This document shows, piece after piece, positions 37,626 to 52,026 of a stretch of DNA of 64,000 nt. Positions within the stretch are counted from its first letter, which is position 1; every line of letters starts with the position of its first letter. The DNA is from Prorocentrum cordatum (Eukaryota). The stretch lies in assembly GCA_963575745.1 (NCBI GenBank), contig CAUYUJ010000148.1, positions 248,001 through 312,000 of the forward strand, read 5' to 3'. The notes under the pieces are model-generated. The model was not told where the DNA came from. It did no database searches and was given only the letters and a program-made list of their open reading frames with translations. A program made the position numbers and the translations under genes.

Positions 37626-39579
37626 ATCCTCCGCAAAAAAGAGCTGAGGAGGATGGGGAGAATGCGCAGGGTATGGCGAAACTCAGGAACAATAAGCATG
37701 GAGGAAGGATAACGAATAACATCATTATAGCGGCAATGCCAGAAAAGGCAATCAGGAGCTATCGCTGAATTGTCGGCTTGACCTTGCTAGCATTCCGCCT
37801 GCATACCAAACTTCAAGGACCACGGTGCATGGCGCGAGGCGCCACTGCAGTCTTGCATATATATATATATGTCTACATATTTATATACACACATACACAT
37901 ATATATAGATATATACGTATGTGTATATATATATACTAGAACCACGCGCGCTACGCGCGCGCTTCGTTTCTACTCACGGCATCATGTCGCCAAATAATGC
38001 CACGTCAAGCAGTGCCATCGACAGCGGATCTCGTTGCAGAGGGGCCCGACGGCCGACCCGCCTGGAGCCTTGGAAATATCGTATTGCGTTGCCCCCTTCC
38101 TGGCGTAACCCCGTCGCAGTGCTTCATTGCGGGAAGGTTCCAAAACTGCCTCGACTGTCCAGGCTGAATCGAACGGCCGCGAACCATCGTCCCCTTTAAG
38201 ACGAATCGAACCGAACCAGAATGGTCGCGGTCGTGGACCGAATGGGGCCGAATCAGACCGATACAAACCGAACCGGAGCGGTAAATCCACCCCAGGGAGT
38301 GGGGAACGAAACCCGAGGCCCAACAGAGAACCGCCCGGACCCCCCCCCCCCCCTGCTCGTCATCGTTGTCGGCCTCCTCCTCGCCCATTGTCTTCGTGCT
38401 CACCCTCGTCCTCGTACGCCTTCGTCTCCTCCCTGGCCTCTTCCTCCTCCTCCTCCTCCTCCTCGTCCTCCTCTTTCCCGCCCGCCCTTGATGAATTCTG
38501 GACCCTGGGCTTTGGAGGACCCCTGGCTCCGGGGACCCGCGTTGACGCCTGTAGACCCATCTTCGGCCCCTGGGGTCCTCCGCGATCCCTGGTCCCGCGA
38601 GTGCGACCCCAGGACCCCACGTCCAGGAGGAAGAGCAGGAGGGGGAGGAGCAGGAGGGGGAGGAGGAGGAGGAGGGGCAGGGGAGGAGGAGCAGCATCAA
38701 ATGAAGAGGTGCAGGAGTGGGATCAGGAGGAAGAGCAAGAGCAGGAAGGGGAGAAGGAGGAAGAGTGGGGGTGATGGGGGAAGGCAGGGGGGGAGAAGAG
38801 GAGCAGAAGGATGAGTAGCAGAAGGAGGAGCAGCAGGAGGAACAGCAACAGCAGCAGCAACAGGAGGTGCAGGAGGATCAGGGGAAGAACGGGAAAGAGC
38901 AGGATGAGGATGAGGATGAGAATGAGGAGGGGGAGGAGGAGGAGGAGGAGGAGGAGGAGGAGGAGGAGGAGGAGGAGGAGGAGGAGGAGAACGTCGACGA
39001 CGCAAAGGAGGAGGCCCCCCCCCCCGGTGAGGCCCTTCCGCCTCCTCCTCGTCTCCGTCCTCGTCCTCCTCCTCCTCTCTTCCTCCTCCTCCCCCTCCTC
39101 CTCCTCCTCCTCCTCCTTTTGTTTCTCCTCCTCCTCCTCCTCCGCCCCCCCCTTCCTTTTCTCCTCCCCCTCCCCCTCCCCCTCCCCTCCCCTCCTCCTC
39201 CTCCTCTTCGTCCTCCTCCTCCTCCTCCTCCTCCTCCTCCTCGTCCTCCTTCTCCTCCTCCTCCTCCTCCTCCTCCTCCTCGTCGTTCCTCCTCCTCCTC
39301 CTCCTCCTCCTCCTCCTCCTCCTACTCCTCCCCCTCCTCCTCCCCCTCCTCGTCCTCATGCGGACCCATCTGGGGACAAGGTTGGGAGCGTCTGGGGCCG
39401 AACCGGGACGGTTTGGGCGTCCTCTGGGGCTGCCGCGCAGCGTGGGGATGCAGAACAGGCAGCATGGATAGAAACGTGGAAAACAACTATGGGAAACCAA
39501 GTGTGTGAGATTTGGGGAGCTCTCCTGGAAGCCTCTGGGAGGCCTGTGGGAGACTTGTGGCACCAGGCGGGAACAGCCC

Positions 39580-39940
39580 CTGGAGTTCCCTGCCACCTCT
39601 TGGGGCTCTGGTGGCTATGGGCCGGCGAAACCCTGCAAAAACAGTTAGAAAATAAGGCCCCAGGCCCCCATGCGCCACCGAGGTCCTTGGGCGGGACGCC
39701 CCCGGCCACGCCCCCTGGGTTTTTCTGGCCAAAACCAAGAAAATAAGGCCCCCAGCCTCCTATGCCCGACGAGGTCCCTGGGCGGGACCCTCCCGGCCAC
39801 GTCCCCTGGGGCTCTGGTGGCTCCGGGTGGCCGAATCCATGTAAAAAACACAGAAGGTAAGGCCCGCCATGCCCACGCCCCGGGCCCGCCATGCCCTGGC
39901 GAGGTCCTTGGGGAGGACCCCCCCGGCCACGTCCCCCGGT
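39580..39940 (+). repeat. Three-copy GC-rich minisatellite
   Basis: TAAGGCCC...GAGGTCCYTGGG..GGAC...CCCGGCCACG.CCCC occurs three times. Confidence 0.7.
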
Positions 39941-39949
39941 ATACATATC

Positions 39950-39986
<37 letters not shown>

Positions 39987-40002
39987 TGAGAGCGAGAGAG
40001 AC

Positions 40003-40448
40003 ACCTATACGACCACCCTTCGGGTGATAAGGAGGTTCGGGGGGGGAGGAACCAACGTCTCACTCGATCGGTCTCACTATCGGTCTCACGATCGATCTCA
40101 CTATCGGTCTCGCTCGATCGATCTCACTCGATCGATCTCACAATCGATCTCACTCGATCTATTTCGTCCGATCGGTCCACCAATCGATCTGACTATCGAT
40201 CTCACAATCGATCTCACTATCGATCTCACTATCGATCTCACATGCGGTATCACTATCGATACCACTGTCGATATCACAATCGATCTCACAATCAAAGCCA
40301 TCATCATCGTCAACAGTATCATCGTCACCAACGTCATCAACAGCACCATCATCGGGACACCATCACCACCATCACCTCATCACCATCATCATCAACATCA
40401 TCATCATCACCATCATCAGCATCATCATCGGGACACCATCATCGTCAC

Positions 40449-40489
<41 letters not shown>

Positions 40490-41146
40490 ACATCGTCATC
40501 ATCATCGGGCCACCTTCAGCATCATCGGAACACCACCGTCATCATCAGATCACCATCAGCATAAACAACACCATCAACATCATCATCATCGGGACACCAT
40601 CCTCATCAGCAACAGAATCATCATTCTCAACATCATCATCATCGGGAAACCATCATCATCGTCACCATCATCATCACCATCATCATCATCGCGACACCAT
40701 CATCATCAACAACATCATCATCACCATCATCGGGCCACGATCATCAAAATTAGCATCAAGACCTCATCCTCATCCTCATCATCAACATCATCATCATCAT
40801 CATCGGCACACCATCATCGTGATCATCATCATCAACAACGGCATCATCATTGGGATACCATCATCACCACCATAAGCTTCCACCGCACCATCATCAACCT
40901 CATCATCACCGGGAAACCATCATCATCATCATCACCATCATCATTATCTCATAATCATTTCATCATCATCAAAACCGTATGGGGCATCATCATCATCATC
41001 AGCAACATCATCATCAGCATTATCATCACCGGGACACCATCACCATCACCACCATCACCATCATCACCACCACCATCAGCATCGTCAACATCATCATCAC
41101 CATCGGGGCACCATCATCATCATCATCATCAACATCATCGACATCG

Positions 41147-41179
<33 letters not shown>

Positions 41180-41324
41180 GCATCAGCATCAGCATCAGCA
41201 TCAGCATCAGCATCAGCATCAGCATCAGCATCAGCATCAGCATCAGCATCAGCATCAGCATCAGTATCAGCATCAGCATCAGCATCAGCATCAGCATCAG
41301 CATCAGCATCAGCATCAGCATCAG

Positions 41325-41358
<34 letters not shown>

Positions 41359-41359
41359 G

Positions 41360-41400
<41 letters not shown>

Positions 41401-41695
41401 GGGACACCAGCGGGACACCGGCGAGACACTGCGGGCCACCGGCCCCCGGAAAGGAATCATTTGGTCGGGCCGCGCTCCAGCCGGAGGCGGGGCACAGGCG
41501 GGACACCGCGGGCCACTTGCCCCCGGAAGGGAACCATTTGGTCCGGCAGCGCCTCAGCCGGGGGAGACTTTCTTCTCGCCCGCCCACGCAGCTTCGCCTC
41601 GTCCGCACGCACGGCACGCACGAACACGAAACCGAAACCGATTTCCTGGTAGGGGGGCTCTCCGTTCCACTTCGATCTCACCCCCTCACCTCCGA
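40003..41695 (-). mobile_element. Third copy of the Helentron-like element, expanded by (CAT)n/(CATCAG)n
   Basis: Same left end (ACCTATACGACCACCCTTCGGGTGATAAGGAGGTT) and right end (CTCCGTTCCACTTCGATCTCACCCCCTCACCTCCGA) as the 3592-5535 copies. Confidence 0.6.
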
Positions 41696-42940
41696 TATAT
41701 ATATATATATATATATACAAGTGGCACGTGTGTGCCCAGGCTCATACAAAAAACTGAAGGGGCGTTTGAAGCAGGAGTGAAATGCAACATCGAAGTCGCA
41801 CTCGAGCGCAAGAGGGGTTGCCACACCTTGCGATGTGTGTACCAGGGCCCCCCAGGAAGCCTCAGGAGGCCCGACTTGGATACCAGAAGAGGCTCCAGGG
41901 GGCCCCAGGATTGTGAGTGTTGTGCGTGTGTGTGTGTGTGATGTATGCTTTGTGTGGTGCGTGCTTTTTGTGTGTTGTAGGTGTTGTGTGTGTGTATGTG
42001 TGTGTGTTATGTTTGTCTAGCGTGTGATATGTTGGGTGTGATTTGTGTCTCTGTGTGCATGTAGTTCTGAAGCCCCAGGAGGCCCCAGAAGGCCCCAGGC
42101 GGCCTCAGGAGGCCCCAGGAGACCCCAGGAGGCTTCAGGAGGCCCCAAGAGGCTCCAGGCGGCCGCAGGAGGCCCCAGGAGGCCCCAGGAGGTTTCAGGA
42201 CACCCCCAGGAGGCTCCGAGGCGGGGTCTGGGGTGCCAGAAGGTTCAGAAAGCCCCAGGAGGCCCCAGGAGGTTCCAGGAGGCCCCCAGGAGGCTCCGAG
42301 GCGGGGTCTGGGGCTCGATTTTGGAAGTATTTTTCAAGCGAAACCGCCATTCCCTGAGAATCGGGATCACAATTATTGAAATTACCATGTCTGTTTGAAG
42401 GCTTTATGTTAAAATGTTGAAATTCCCATGTGTTTTTGGACCCTGACGTCACGATCTGCGTGAGGGGTGCCACCGATTTTCAGAATTTCGAGGATGTCCC
42501 GAGCGAAACGCCCAGAAAAATCGCGGACGCCACAAGGGGCCACGCGGAGGTCGGAGCCATGCGCACCCAGGTCGCGATCGAGAAGAGTTCTGTAATTTGC
42601 TATGTGCCCTCAGTGAGTAGACACCGCTGCAACAACTGCCTTGAAGAGGGGCAGGGAGAGGATCGGAGTAAGCCCAAAGGAGCCCACAGCCCAGAATTCC
42701 GCGCGCTCCCGGGCGCTGCTGGGGTTTGTCGCGTGTCCCTGCGTGACCATTTCGGATGCAGGAGGGCACCCAGACGGGCCAAGAAGGCCACAAGAGAGCC
42801 GCCAAGACGGCCCAAGTGCCCCGAGTCGCCCGAAGACCACTCCAAGACACCCGAGATGGCCTCCAGGCAGCTAGAGGGCCCCCAAGACAGCCTAAGGAAT
42901 AAGGATGAGGGGGAGGGGGGCGGAGCCGTTGATCAAACAC

Positions 42941-42983
<43 letters not shown>

Positions 42984-44999
42984 ATACACGCATGTCTAAC
43001 TATTGATATGTGGATGCGCTTTCTGGCCCATATAATCATCATACACACAGATATATACATACATATATACATATATATGTGCATATGTGTATATACAAAA
43101 CGTAGACGTCTGTGTATAAGAACCACGCGCGCGTTTCGCGCGCTCTTAGGTTCTAGCGCAATGCAAAGCAACCACACCAAATCGGATGAGGATGGACATC
43201 ATTCCGCAAGGGTCACAGGTTGAGAGCGTAACTCCTGGTGGATGCTTCTAGAGTCGCTCATTGGCTCCAGGAAGTCGCGCAAGGCATCCAAGAGGAAGAC
43301 TCAGGGCAGCCTAAGAGGGGATGCCCGAGAACCTCTAAGCGCCTGACAAAACCATGCTGGGAATTTTTGGGGATGATGCATTGGAGGGATGCTATTGGAG
43401 GGCTCTTGGGGTTTTTGGGGGGTGGGGCATCTCTGGTTTTTGTTGGGGGTCGCCTGGTGCCCTCTTGGAACCTTTTGGGGAATGCTTCGGGCGCCTCCCC
43501 GGGGCTCTTGGCATCCGGGCCGGACATGTCGGTTTGGATCCCCGCTATTGCCCCTGCCTGGGGGCCGTCTTGAGGGCCTATTGGGCCGTCGTGGCGGCAT
43601 CTGGGAGCCGCATTGGCGCTCTCTTGCGTCGTGTTCGGGCAGTCGCGGGGCCCTCTTGGGCTGTCTTGGTGCTGCCTTGGGGACCTCTTGGGCAGGCGTG
43701 CAGAGTTGGGAAGCCGAAACAGCATGAGGGAGGCGGGGAAAGGAAGGCGTGAAGGAAAGACGAGGGGGACGAGGAGGGAAAATGACGCAACGTGGAGGAG
43801 GCAGGCGGAGAGGAAGGAAAAGGATGTGAAACGGGAGACGCAAGAGAACCGAGGACAGGAGAGAGAACAAGGAACACCGACAGCGAGTGATGGTGTTGAA
43901 AATTGGAACACACTCTGGGGCACGCACGCCGAAGCCTGGGACGAGAGGAAGCAAGGGGGGGGGAGTGGGAGGGGAAAAGGAGGTCGTGGCACGGGAGACG
44001 TAGGAGAACCAAGAGCAAGGCAGAGATCCTGGATAGCGAACAGCGAGGGGTGGGGGAGACGGGAACGCAGGAGGGAGGCGGAGAGACGAAGGCGTGAAGG
44101 ATAGACGAGGAAGAGGGAGGAGGGAAAATGACGCGGCGGGAAGGAGGAGAAGAGAAGAGAAAAGAGGTAGATGAGGAACGGGAGGCGCAGGACGACCAAG
44201 AGCAAGAACAAAAATATCAAGGAGAACGGACAACGAGGGATGGGGAAAACGGGAACGCACTCGGGGGGACGCCAAAGCCTGGGACAGGAGGATACAAAGG
44301 GGTGAAGGACCTTGAACCAAAAATGAAGAACATCCTTATGTGTTCAAGCTGAGCCTCCTATCACTGAGTGAGGCGGATGCTGGGTGAGGGCGGCGGAGGG
44401 AGGAAGGAGTGAAGGAGAGATGAGGATGAGGGAGGGGGGAGACCAAAACGCATGAGGAAGGCGGGTAGAAGAAGCCGTGATGGAGAGACGAGGCGGAGAA
44501 AAGATGGACAAGGACGCAGCGGGGAGGAAGGAGAAGGATGTGGTACGTCGTACGTGAGGCGCAAGAAACTCAAGAGCAGGAGAGAGAGCAAAGAGAACGG
44601 ACGAGGGATGGGGGAGTCGGAAACGCATTCGGGGCACGCAGAAACCTGGGACAGGATGGAACGGATGGGGGCGGCGACATTGAAAACAAAAGATTTGAGG
44701 GAATTTCCGTTTTTTTCAGGTTGGCTCCGGGGGGGGGCACCAAGAGCACCCAAGATCGCCCAAAGTGGCCTCCACGAGTCCCCCAAGAGCTACGGGTAAG
44801 CCCTCTAGGGGTCTAACTCATTGAACGACCAGTCGTTAAGGAGAAACGCGGAGGAGGGAAGAAATAAACTGACTCGGCGGGGAGAAGGGAAGGGGAGAGG
44901 AGACAGGACGTAGAACGGGTGACGCAGGAGAACCAAGATCAAGGGAGAGATCCGGGAGAACGAGCAACGCGGGGTGGGGGAGACGGAAACGCATGGGTC

Positions 45000-46290
45000 C
45001 CCTGGGGAGCCTCGGCGACATCGTATATGAGGGTCTCTTGGGGTGTCTTCTTGGGGGCTTCTGGGGGTGCCTCTTGGGGGGACCTTGGATGGTTGGGTCC
45101 GTCCCCTGACAATTTGCTTCTGGAGGGTCTCTTGGGAACTCCAGGGAGGTTCTCTTCGAGCGTTTCTGGGACCTGTTGGGCCATGATGGGGGCACCTCAA
45201 GCTCGAAGACGATCGCCTTTCCTCTCTGGAAGCTTCGGAATGGCAATGCGTGCCTCAGGGCGTCTGGGGAGAGGGCTCTGGGGGGTCTCTTGGGGCGTCC
45301 TGTTCCTGGGAGCCTATTGGGGGCCTCTTGGGGGCTTTTTGGGTGGGTCCTGAGGCCGCCTGGGGGCGTGTCTTGGGGCCGGAAGGTTGCAATATCCGTT
45401 CGGCTAGCCCCTCTGGGCCCCCTCGTGGGGCCGTACTGTTGCCTTCATGGGCTGTCTTGGGGCCTCCAGGGCCTTTTTGGGGCCCTCTTGGGCCGTCTAG
45501 GAGCTCTGTAGGGAACCTCTTAGGCCGTCTTGGAGCGATCTTGGAGGCCTCGCAGGCCGTCTTGGACGCTTTGAAAGCTCAAGGGGCGAATCTGCTAAAA
45601 CTACACCTCTTCCAACCAGGAATGGCGCCATGTTTGGCCCCTTGCGGCCCTCTTGGGCGGCCTCTTTGGGGTCTCTTCGGGACTCCTGGGGGCATATTCG
45701 GAGCTACTGGGGGCCTCTGGGTGGCTTTCGGGGTGCTTCCTGGAGCCTCCTGGGAGCGTCTTGGGGCCGACCACGTCGGGCCCCCCTCTTGGGACCGCCC
45801 TGGGGCCTTCAGGGTCTGTCTTGGGGGCCTCTTGGGCCTGGAGCTCTCTTGGGCCGTCTTCGAGCCCTGTAACGAGTCTCTTGGGCAGTCTTGGGGCGAT
45901 CTTGGAGGCTTCGCGGGCCGCCTTGGATGCTCTCCAGAGACGGATCATCTGAAAATTTGTATGTTTCCGAAGGGAATGGGGCCATCTTTGCCTCTTGAGG
46001 CCCTCTTGTGGGGCCTCGTGGGGCTTCCTGGCGGCCACCTCGAGGCCTCTTGGGGGCTTGTTGGGGGGTTCCTGGGGCCTCCTGGGAGCGTCTTGGGTCC
46101 AAAAGCTTGAAATATCCATTCGAGCACCGCGTCGGGGCCCTCTTGGGGCCGCCCTGGGCTGTCTTGGAGGCCTCTTGGGCATTCTTGTGGCTCTCTTGGG
46201 CCGTCTTGCTGGGGCGTCTTCGAACGATATTTTGACGACCTCAGGCCGCCTGGGAACAATTTGAAAGCCTGCCGCACCCGAGATGGCCAA
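45000..46290 (-). repeat. CCAAG-rich repeat family, reverse orientation
   Basis: Dense CTCTTGGGCC/GTCTTGGAGGCC units. Confidence 0.75.
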
Positions 46291-49050
46291 GAGCCTCTCA
46301 GGGAAGGGACGAGATGCCGGGTACTGAAATCATGGCTTTCTGGGGACGCCGGACCCCCTACACATTTTTCATTCATATTATTAATAGTGTGTGTATAAGT
46401 GTATGTATCACAAATGTGACGACATTCCGTTGAGGCTAGGCCCAACCAGTCGCACGAACTGTAGATTTATTATACGATAGTTTAGATACATCGGTTAGGT
46501 CGATCTGCATTCGTCATACCACCAGTGCAAGAACGGCCACCCTCGAATCGATACATCGGATCGGTCCGCATCGAAACGGGCCACGTCGGCATGGAATCGG
46601 ACTCGAATCGAATCGGCCGCGCCAAGAGGCACAGCACCGCAACGCAAACGTCGCGCTACATCAAGTCATCGACTATCGGAATCGACTTGGATCGGACCGG
46701 CCGGAATAGATTATCGAATCGGATCAGTCGAATCGAAGTGGCGCTGCCGATGTGCAAGTCTTCCTAATCAGCTTCTTGACGAGGTACGTCGAGGGGTAAG
46801 GCAACGAAAATCCCCGACTTCGTGAAACTTTCGACTGGGCCCGAACGCTGGACCCAACTTGGGACTGCACGATGGGGCGACGTCCATCCTCGACGGGGAT
46901 GCGTACGAACAGCCCCCCTGGGCGTGTATCCCGAGTTCCGCTCCCCGTCCGAATGGTCAGTCTGCCGCTCGTTGAGAGAGGGGGAGTCTCGAGGATCGGG
47001 GGCGAGAAGCCACCTGCGAAGAGAAAACCGCCTCGTGATCTCTCAAGACTTGGATCCCCAGAGGTCTGAATCGCTACCTCTAGACCGATGCTCCTGTCTG
47101 AGTCGTCCTGTTATAATGCTCCCAAGGCCTGGTGAGGGCCCGCGGAGGCCGAATAGCCATAAAAACTCTTCGTCGCGATTTCTGCTACGACGCGAGGGGG
47201 TCTGGGTCCTTAGAGCGACCAGAAGCTCCATAGGCGTAATTTCTCTGAGGTCCGCGCGGATTTCTTAGATCGGCGCTGGGGCGCCCAGCGCCGAGGGCGG
47301 CGCCGCAGGAGCCGCCCAGGAAGGCCCATTGCCGATCTCAACAAAACTGTCTGGAGTTCGGAAGTTGTATGCCTACACGGTCTGGGGGAGCTGCCAGCCC
47401 AGCAATTATCAGTCCGCATCGAATCGGGAAATCGGATCATACTAGCGCCATGCATTCACCGCGCCGCATCGGATCGCCCGAACATCGACATCGAATGGGA
47501 TCGGGCTGGCCGAAACCGACATCGAATCGGATCGATCGGATCGGAATGGACCCTGCCAGGCCCTGGGGCCCTGGAAACGCAACGGCCGCGTTCTCCATAG
47601 ACGTATACACCCCGAACGTGTCTGCATATGCAAGGGTAACCAGTGTGTCCATGGACGTTTGTGGCCAGAAAGTGACTTGGCTACTTGGCATAGGCTAGAT
47701 GGGCCCCCCCTAGAAGCAGATAGACGTTGCCCTCCAGTGGGGGGGCAAGGGGGGAGGCTTCCTGCGCCCGCCCGCGCAGCGTTCTGCACGAACCTGGACG
47801 GGTTTGCGAGGAGCAGGTCGCCGGGGCCCGCCTCGCCAGGGTCCTGCCCTTTCCGCTTGGCCGCTGCTCATCTGGGGGGGGGTACCCGGACCCCCTCGCG
47901 CCAGGCAGGCAGAGGCTACAGCGCACTGGGCAGAGCGTGCACGTGCGCATGAAAGGGCAAGCGCTGCGCCTCACGCATGAGTGCAAAACTCGACACATGC
48001 ATCTTCATCACGTTCGCAGTGCTTAGTTGACGCGCTTCCCTGATGCGCTCCGCTGTTTCTACCTCGATGCACGTCTTGGCTGTCCATGCCCTTCAATACT
48101 CGACTTGTGAGCTCCAGGCCATCCCTTCCGTGCACCCCTCCTGTATGCACGAAGCCCACCGGACGCCGTCTGTCGCGCTCCCGATCGAAGCGTCACCTTA
48201 GACCCCGTTCCCCTCGTCGGCCCCGCAGCATTTCGGGCACACGAAACAATCCATGGACTGCGTGTGCGACACATTGAAGAAAAACAAACCGTGATGACAA
48301 CGTGAGGGTGTTCGAGCAGACAGAGCCCGCACATCTCTTGCATGTTCGTAAACCCTCTGCGCAGCACACTCTGTCCATCCATCGTTGACATGCCTGCAGC
48401 AGTGCTCCAGATCGCAGAACCACAGAGATGAGATCTGCCCTCGAAGTTGCATTCCTGCGTTCTGGCTGCTCTAGTGCGAGGCTGGGCTGTATCCATAAAC
48501 ACTGCCTGGGGGGATCGATCTTCGGGGCTCGGCAGACTGTGAATATGGACCATCCTCGGCCCATGGGGGTCGAAAGACATCCCCATACCTACCGCCTGCT
48601 AGGGCCCTCGAAGCTGATCCGCCTGGCGGTGCTTATGGATGAAACCCAGCCTCGGATCGGGTCTTCCCCGCGGCGGTCCTCAAATCTCCACGAAGGCATG
48701 CCGCATTCCACAGCCCAGTCCTGTCCCCCCCAGACGGCCATCGAAATTTCTGATCAGCTGCTGGCGGAACAGCTCCAAGCTGGTGCCTTCGTGCCCCCCC
48801 CCCCGAGGCTTGCAACGCATGAAGCAAAGCCGTAGAATGTGAAGCTGATGGTGACGGCGCTGGTGATGTGAATAGTTCTGACGATGACGACGGCGATGAC
48901 GATGGTGAAAGTGATGGCGGTGGTGGTGGTGATGATGAGGGTGCGGATTGTGATGGCGATTGTGGCAAGCGGAGGATGACGCTGATGATGGCGGTGACGA
49001 TGATGCTACGGCTGATGATGGTGACAGTGCTAGGGATGGTGGTCTAATTG

Positions 49051-49088
<38 letters not shown>

Positions 49089-49922
49089 CTGCTGGTGGTG
49101 GTGATGGTGATGATGGCGATACTGATACTGACGATGAGTATGGTGATGATGGCGAGGATGGTGCCAGTGCCGATGATGAAAGACATGACGATGTTGATGC
49201 TGATGACGATGGTGGTGATTGTGAGCAATGTGACGATGGTGATGGAAATTATGACGACACCACACGAATGATAAGCGCGAACCTGAATGGCACGATAATA
49301 AGAAATAGCGAGAGAGAGGGAGAGAGAGAAAAGAAACGAAAAGAGAAAAGGGAGAGAGACAGAGAGAAAGAGACAGAGAGAGATTTGGACAAGAGATTTG
49401 CTGTCCCGCCACCAACGAAACCTGATATCCGCCGGCAGGCTCTCGCGATAGGTTGGGACGGATACCCTCTCCTTCGCGATTCGCAACGCACATGCCCGCC
49501 CAGAGGGAGTGCGCTGGTAGAGAATTTGTACGCATTCCTGGTCGGAGCCGGGATGGTCCTGAGGATGATAACAGAAAGAGAGGAAGCAAGATAACGAGAG
49601 AGACAGAGACAAAGAACAACGAGAGAGAGAGAGAGAGGGAGACAGAGAGAGAGGGGGGGCGACAATGCGACATAGAGAAAGGGAGAGACAACAAAACAGT
49701 AAACACATCGACGCGATAATTCATGCCACCCTCAGCCAGGAAACCAAGCCGACCGCCCCCCCCCGAGGTGGGGATAGATGCCGTCTCACTCACGCTTCGC
49801 AGAGCACACGCCACTCCCTTGAGAGGGCACGCTGGCTCAAGAACATTATCAGGCACGTTCCCAATCAGGATTCGGAGGATGGTTCAGACGATGGTGGGAA
49901 GACGGAAGAGAGGGGGAGAGAA

Positions 49923-49956
<34 letters not shown>

Positions 49957-50261
49957 AATATATACACGTATATATAAAGAGAGAGAGAGAGAGCGAGATC
50001 TGGACAGAGGAACACCTTCCAACTCCCACCGTGGAAACCTTGATCCGCTGGCCGACCCCCCACACTTCCCCAGGCGGGGTTGAATGCCGTCACCGTCGGG
50101 TCTCGCGACACCCATCCCTTCTTGGAAAGGTTGACACTGGGAGGGCGAAGGGACGCTTTCCCCGTCGGAGATGGGATTCTGACGGTGGTGATGATGCTGC
50201 TGATGTGGAAAGAGAGAGAGAGAGAGAGAGAGAGAAAAAAAAAAAGAAGAGAGAGTGAGAG

Positions 50262-50292
<31 letters not shown>

Positions 50293-51809
50293 AACGAAGA
50301 GAGCGCGAGGGTTGGATACATAGAGAGCAAGAGAGAGAGAGAGAGAAAGAGAAAGAAAAAGAGAGATCGGACAAACAAGCGGGAGTCCCGTCGACAGCCG
50401 GCCGCCATAGCACGCTTAGCGTTGGTGCCCACCTTTGGGTACGGGGGACGTCGAAACCACCATCCCCCGGGCGCAAAGCGACTGAGGTAAAAGGCCGAGT
50501 GCTGAGCAGGCGATACGCCGCGTCTCTCGGCGCCCGTGGCATGCGAGGCCCAGGTCGGCAAAACCCTGGTCGGCGGCCAGGGGACAAGGGCTGGCCCGAT
50601 GAGCGGCTTGCGGGTCACGGGGCCCCGCAGCCACACCGATGACGCGTGGCCGTGCGGGGGAGCGGGCTGGCGAGAGGGAGGGCCGACGGACTAGGTGGGG
50701 GGCCTCGTGCGGAAATGCACGGACCTCAGAAGGTCGTGCAGCGTTTGAGTGGGTGCCGCTCCATCAGTTGATCAGTTGGCAGAGAGAGACGCGAAGGCGT
50801 TGCGGGCGCGGTGGAGGCGTTGAACGAGAAGCCCTTGCTGGGAAGTAAGGGTGCGGACTTGGTGGGCAAGGGTAGGGAACTGGTGGCACAGAAAGTCGTA
50901 GGACTCCTGTGGATCGGCGGCTTGGCCGTGGGCTGAGCTCGGAGCGTGGCGTGGCCGGCCAGCACCGGTCCTGTTGGCGAAGTGACTGGCGAGGTCGGCG
51001 CGGCAGTCGGTGTGGGCACGGGTTCCGCCTTAGGGCCACCGTAGGGCGGCGCTGTGGGATCCCGCAGGTCGGACGGGGGCACAGTGTCCGCTCCGTCGGG
51101 CCGCTGGGTGCGATTGTACGGCAGGGCCCTGCATCAGCGGTGAAGGCTGTGACTGAGTCGGGGGGAGCTCGAGTCTGGGTGAAAATCGGTCCCCGAGCTC
51201 GACGCCGATCCCGGCCTCTGGGGGCGGGCGGTGGGCAAGGGAGGGTCGGTGCCCTTGTCACGCCCTCGGCCTGAGGGTGGGTGTTTGCTCTGAAGGGAAC
51301 TCGCTGGAGTGGCCGCTCTGTGTCGGCGCTTGTTGTAGTCGCGCCTGTCGGTAGTTTTGGTGGCTACTGGTTCGACCTTAGACAATGTCGTCCAACATTC
51401 GAGCTTGATCCTTACCGCAAGCGTCACTGGGATAACCCGTGTGCTATCAGGTCGCTGGGTCGGCTCGGTTTGGCTTGAGAAAGATGTGGTGGTCGGCCCT
51501 ACCTCCGGGGGAAGCTGTGTCGCGGTTCCTTGAGAGAGAGAGAGAGAGAAGAAAAAAAGGAGCGAGCGGGCGTTGAGGAGGAAAGTGAAGAGAGAGTAAG
51601 AGAGAGAGAGAGAGAAATAGAGAGATATTGATGGCGTTCACAGGCTTGGTCTTCGGAGTTTCCTGGAGACCTCAGGAAGTCCATGGCCAATTCGAATGGT
51701 CCGTGGAGACCCCCCCAAAGGGCCGAAAGTGCGCAGCCACCCATGTGACAATAGGCAATACCTACATTAACAGGCAGCTGTCATTGGTCTGCGCGGACCA
51801 CCGAACTAG

Positions 51810-52026
51810 AGGCCTCCTGGATGGGGTCCGAGTAGATCGGGTCGGAGGATCTCGCCGCATCGCCGATACATCGGCGATGCACTGGCGAGAGTCGGCGATG
51901 CCTCGGCGACGTCGGCGTGGAGAAACTGGGCCCCACATCGAGCCGCATCGGCGATTCATCGTCGATGCATTGGGGATGCGGCACGATCCTCCGACCCCAT
52001 CTACTCCGACCCCATCTAGGAGGCTT
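51810..52026. mobile_element. MITE-like element (family C copy)
   Basis: Homologous along its length to 22693-22909; the right TIR GATCCTCCGACCCCATCTACTCCGACCCCATCTAGGAGGC is identical. Confidence 0.8.

Noticed and set aside
40242..41941. His-, Ser- and Asp-rich long ORFs (also 60167-61540, 55679-56745, 19585-20998)
   Set aside because: Pure microsatellite translations.
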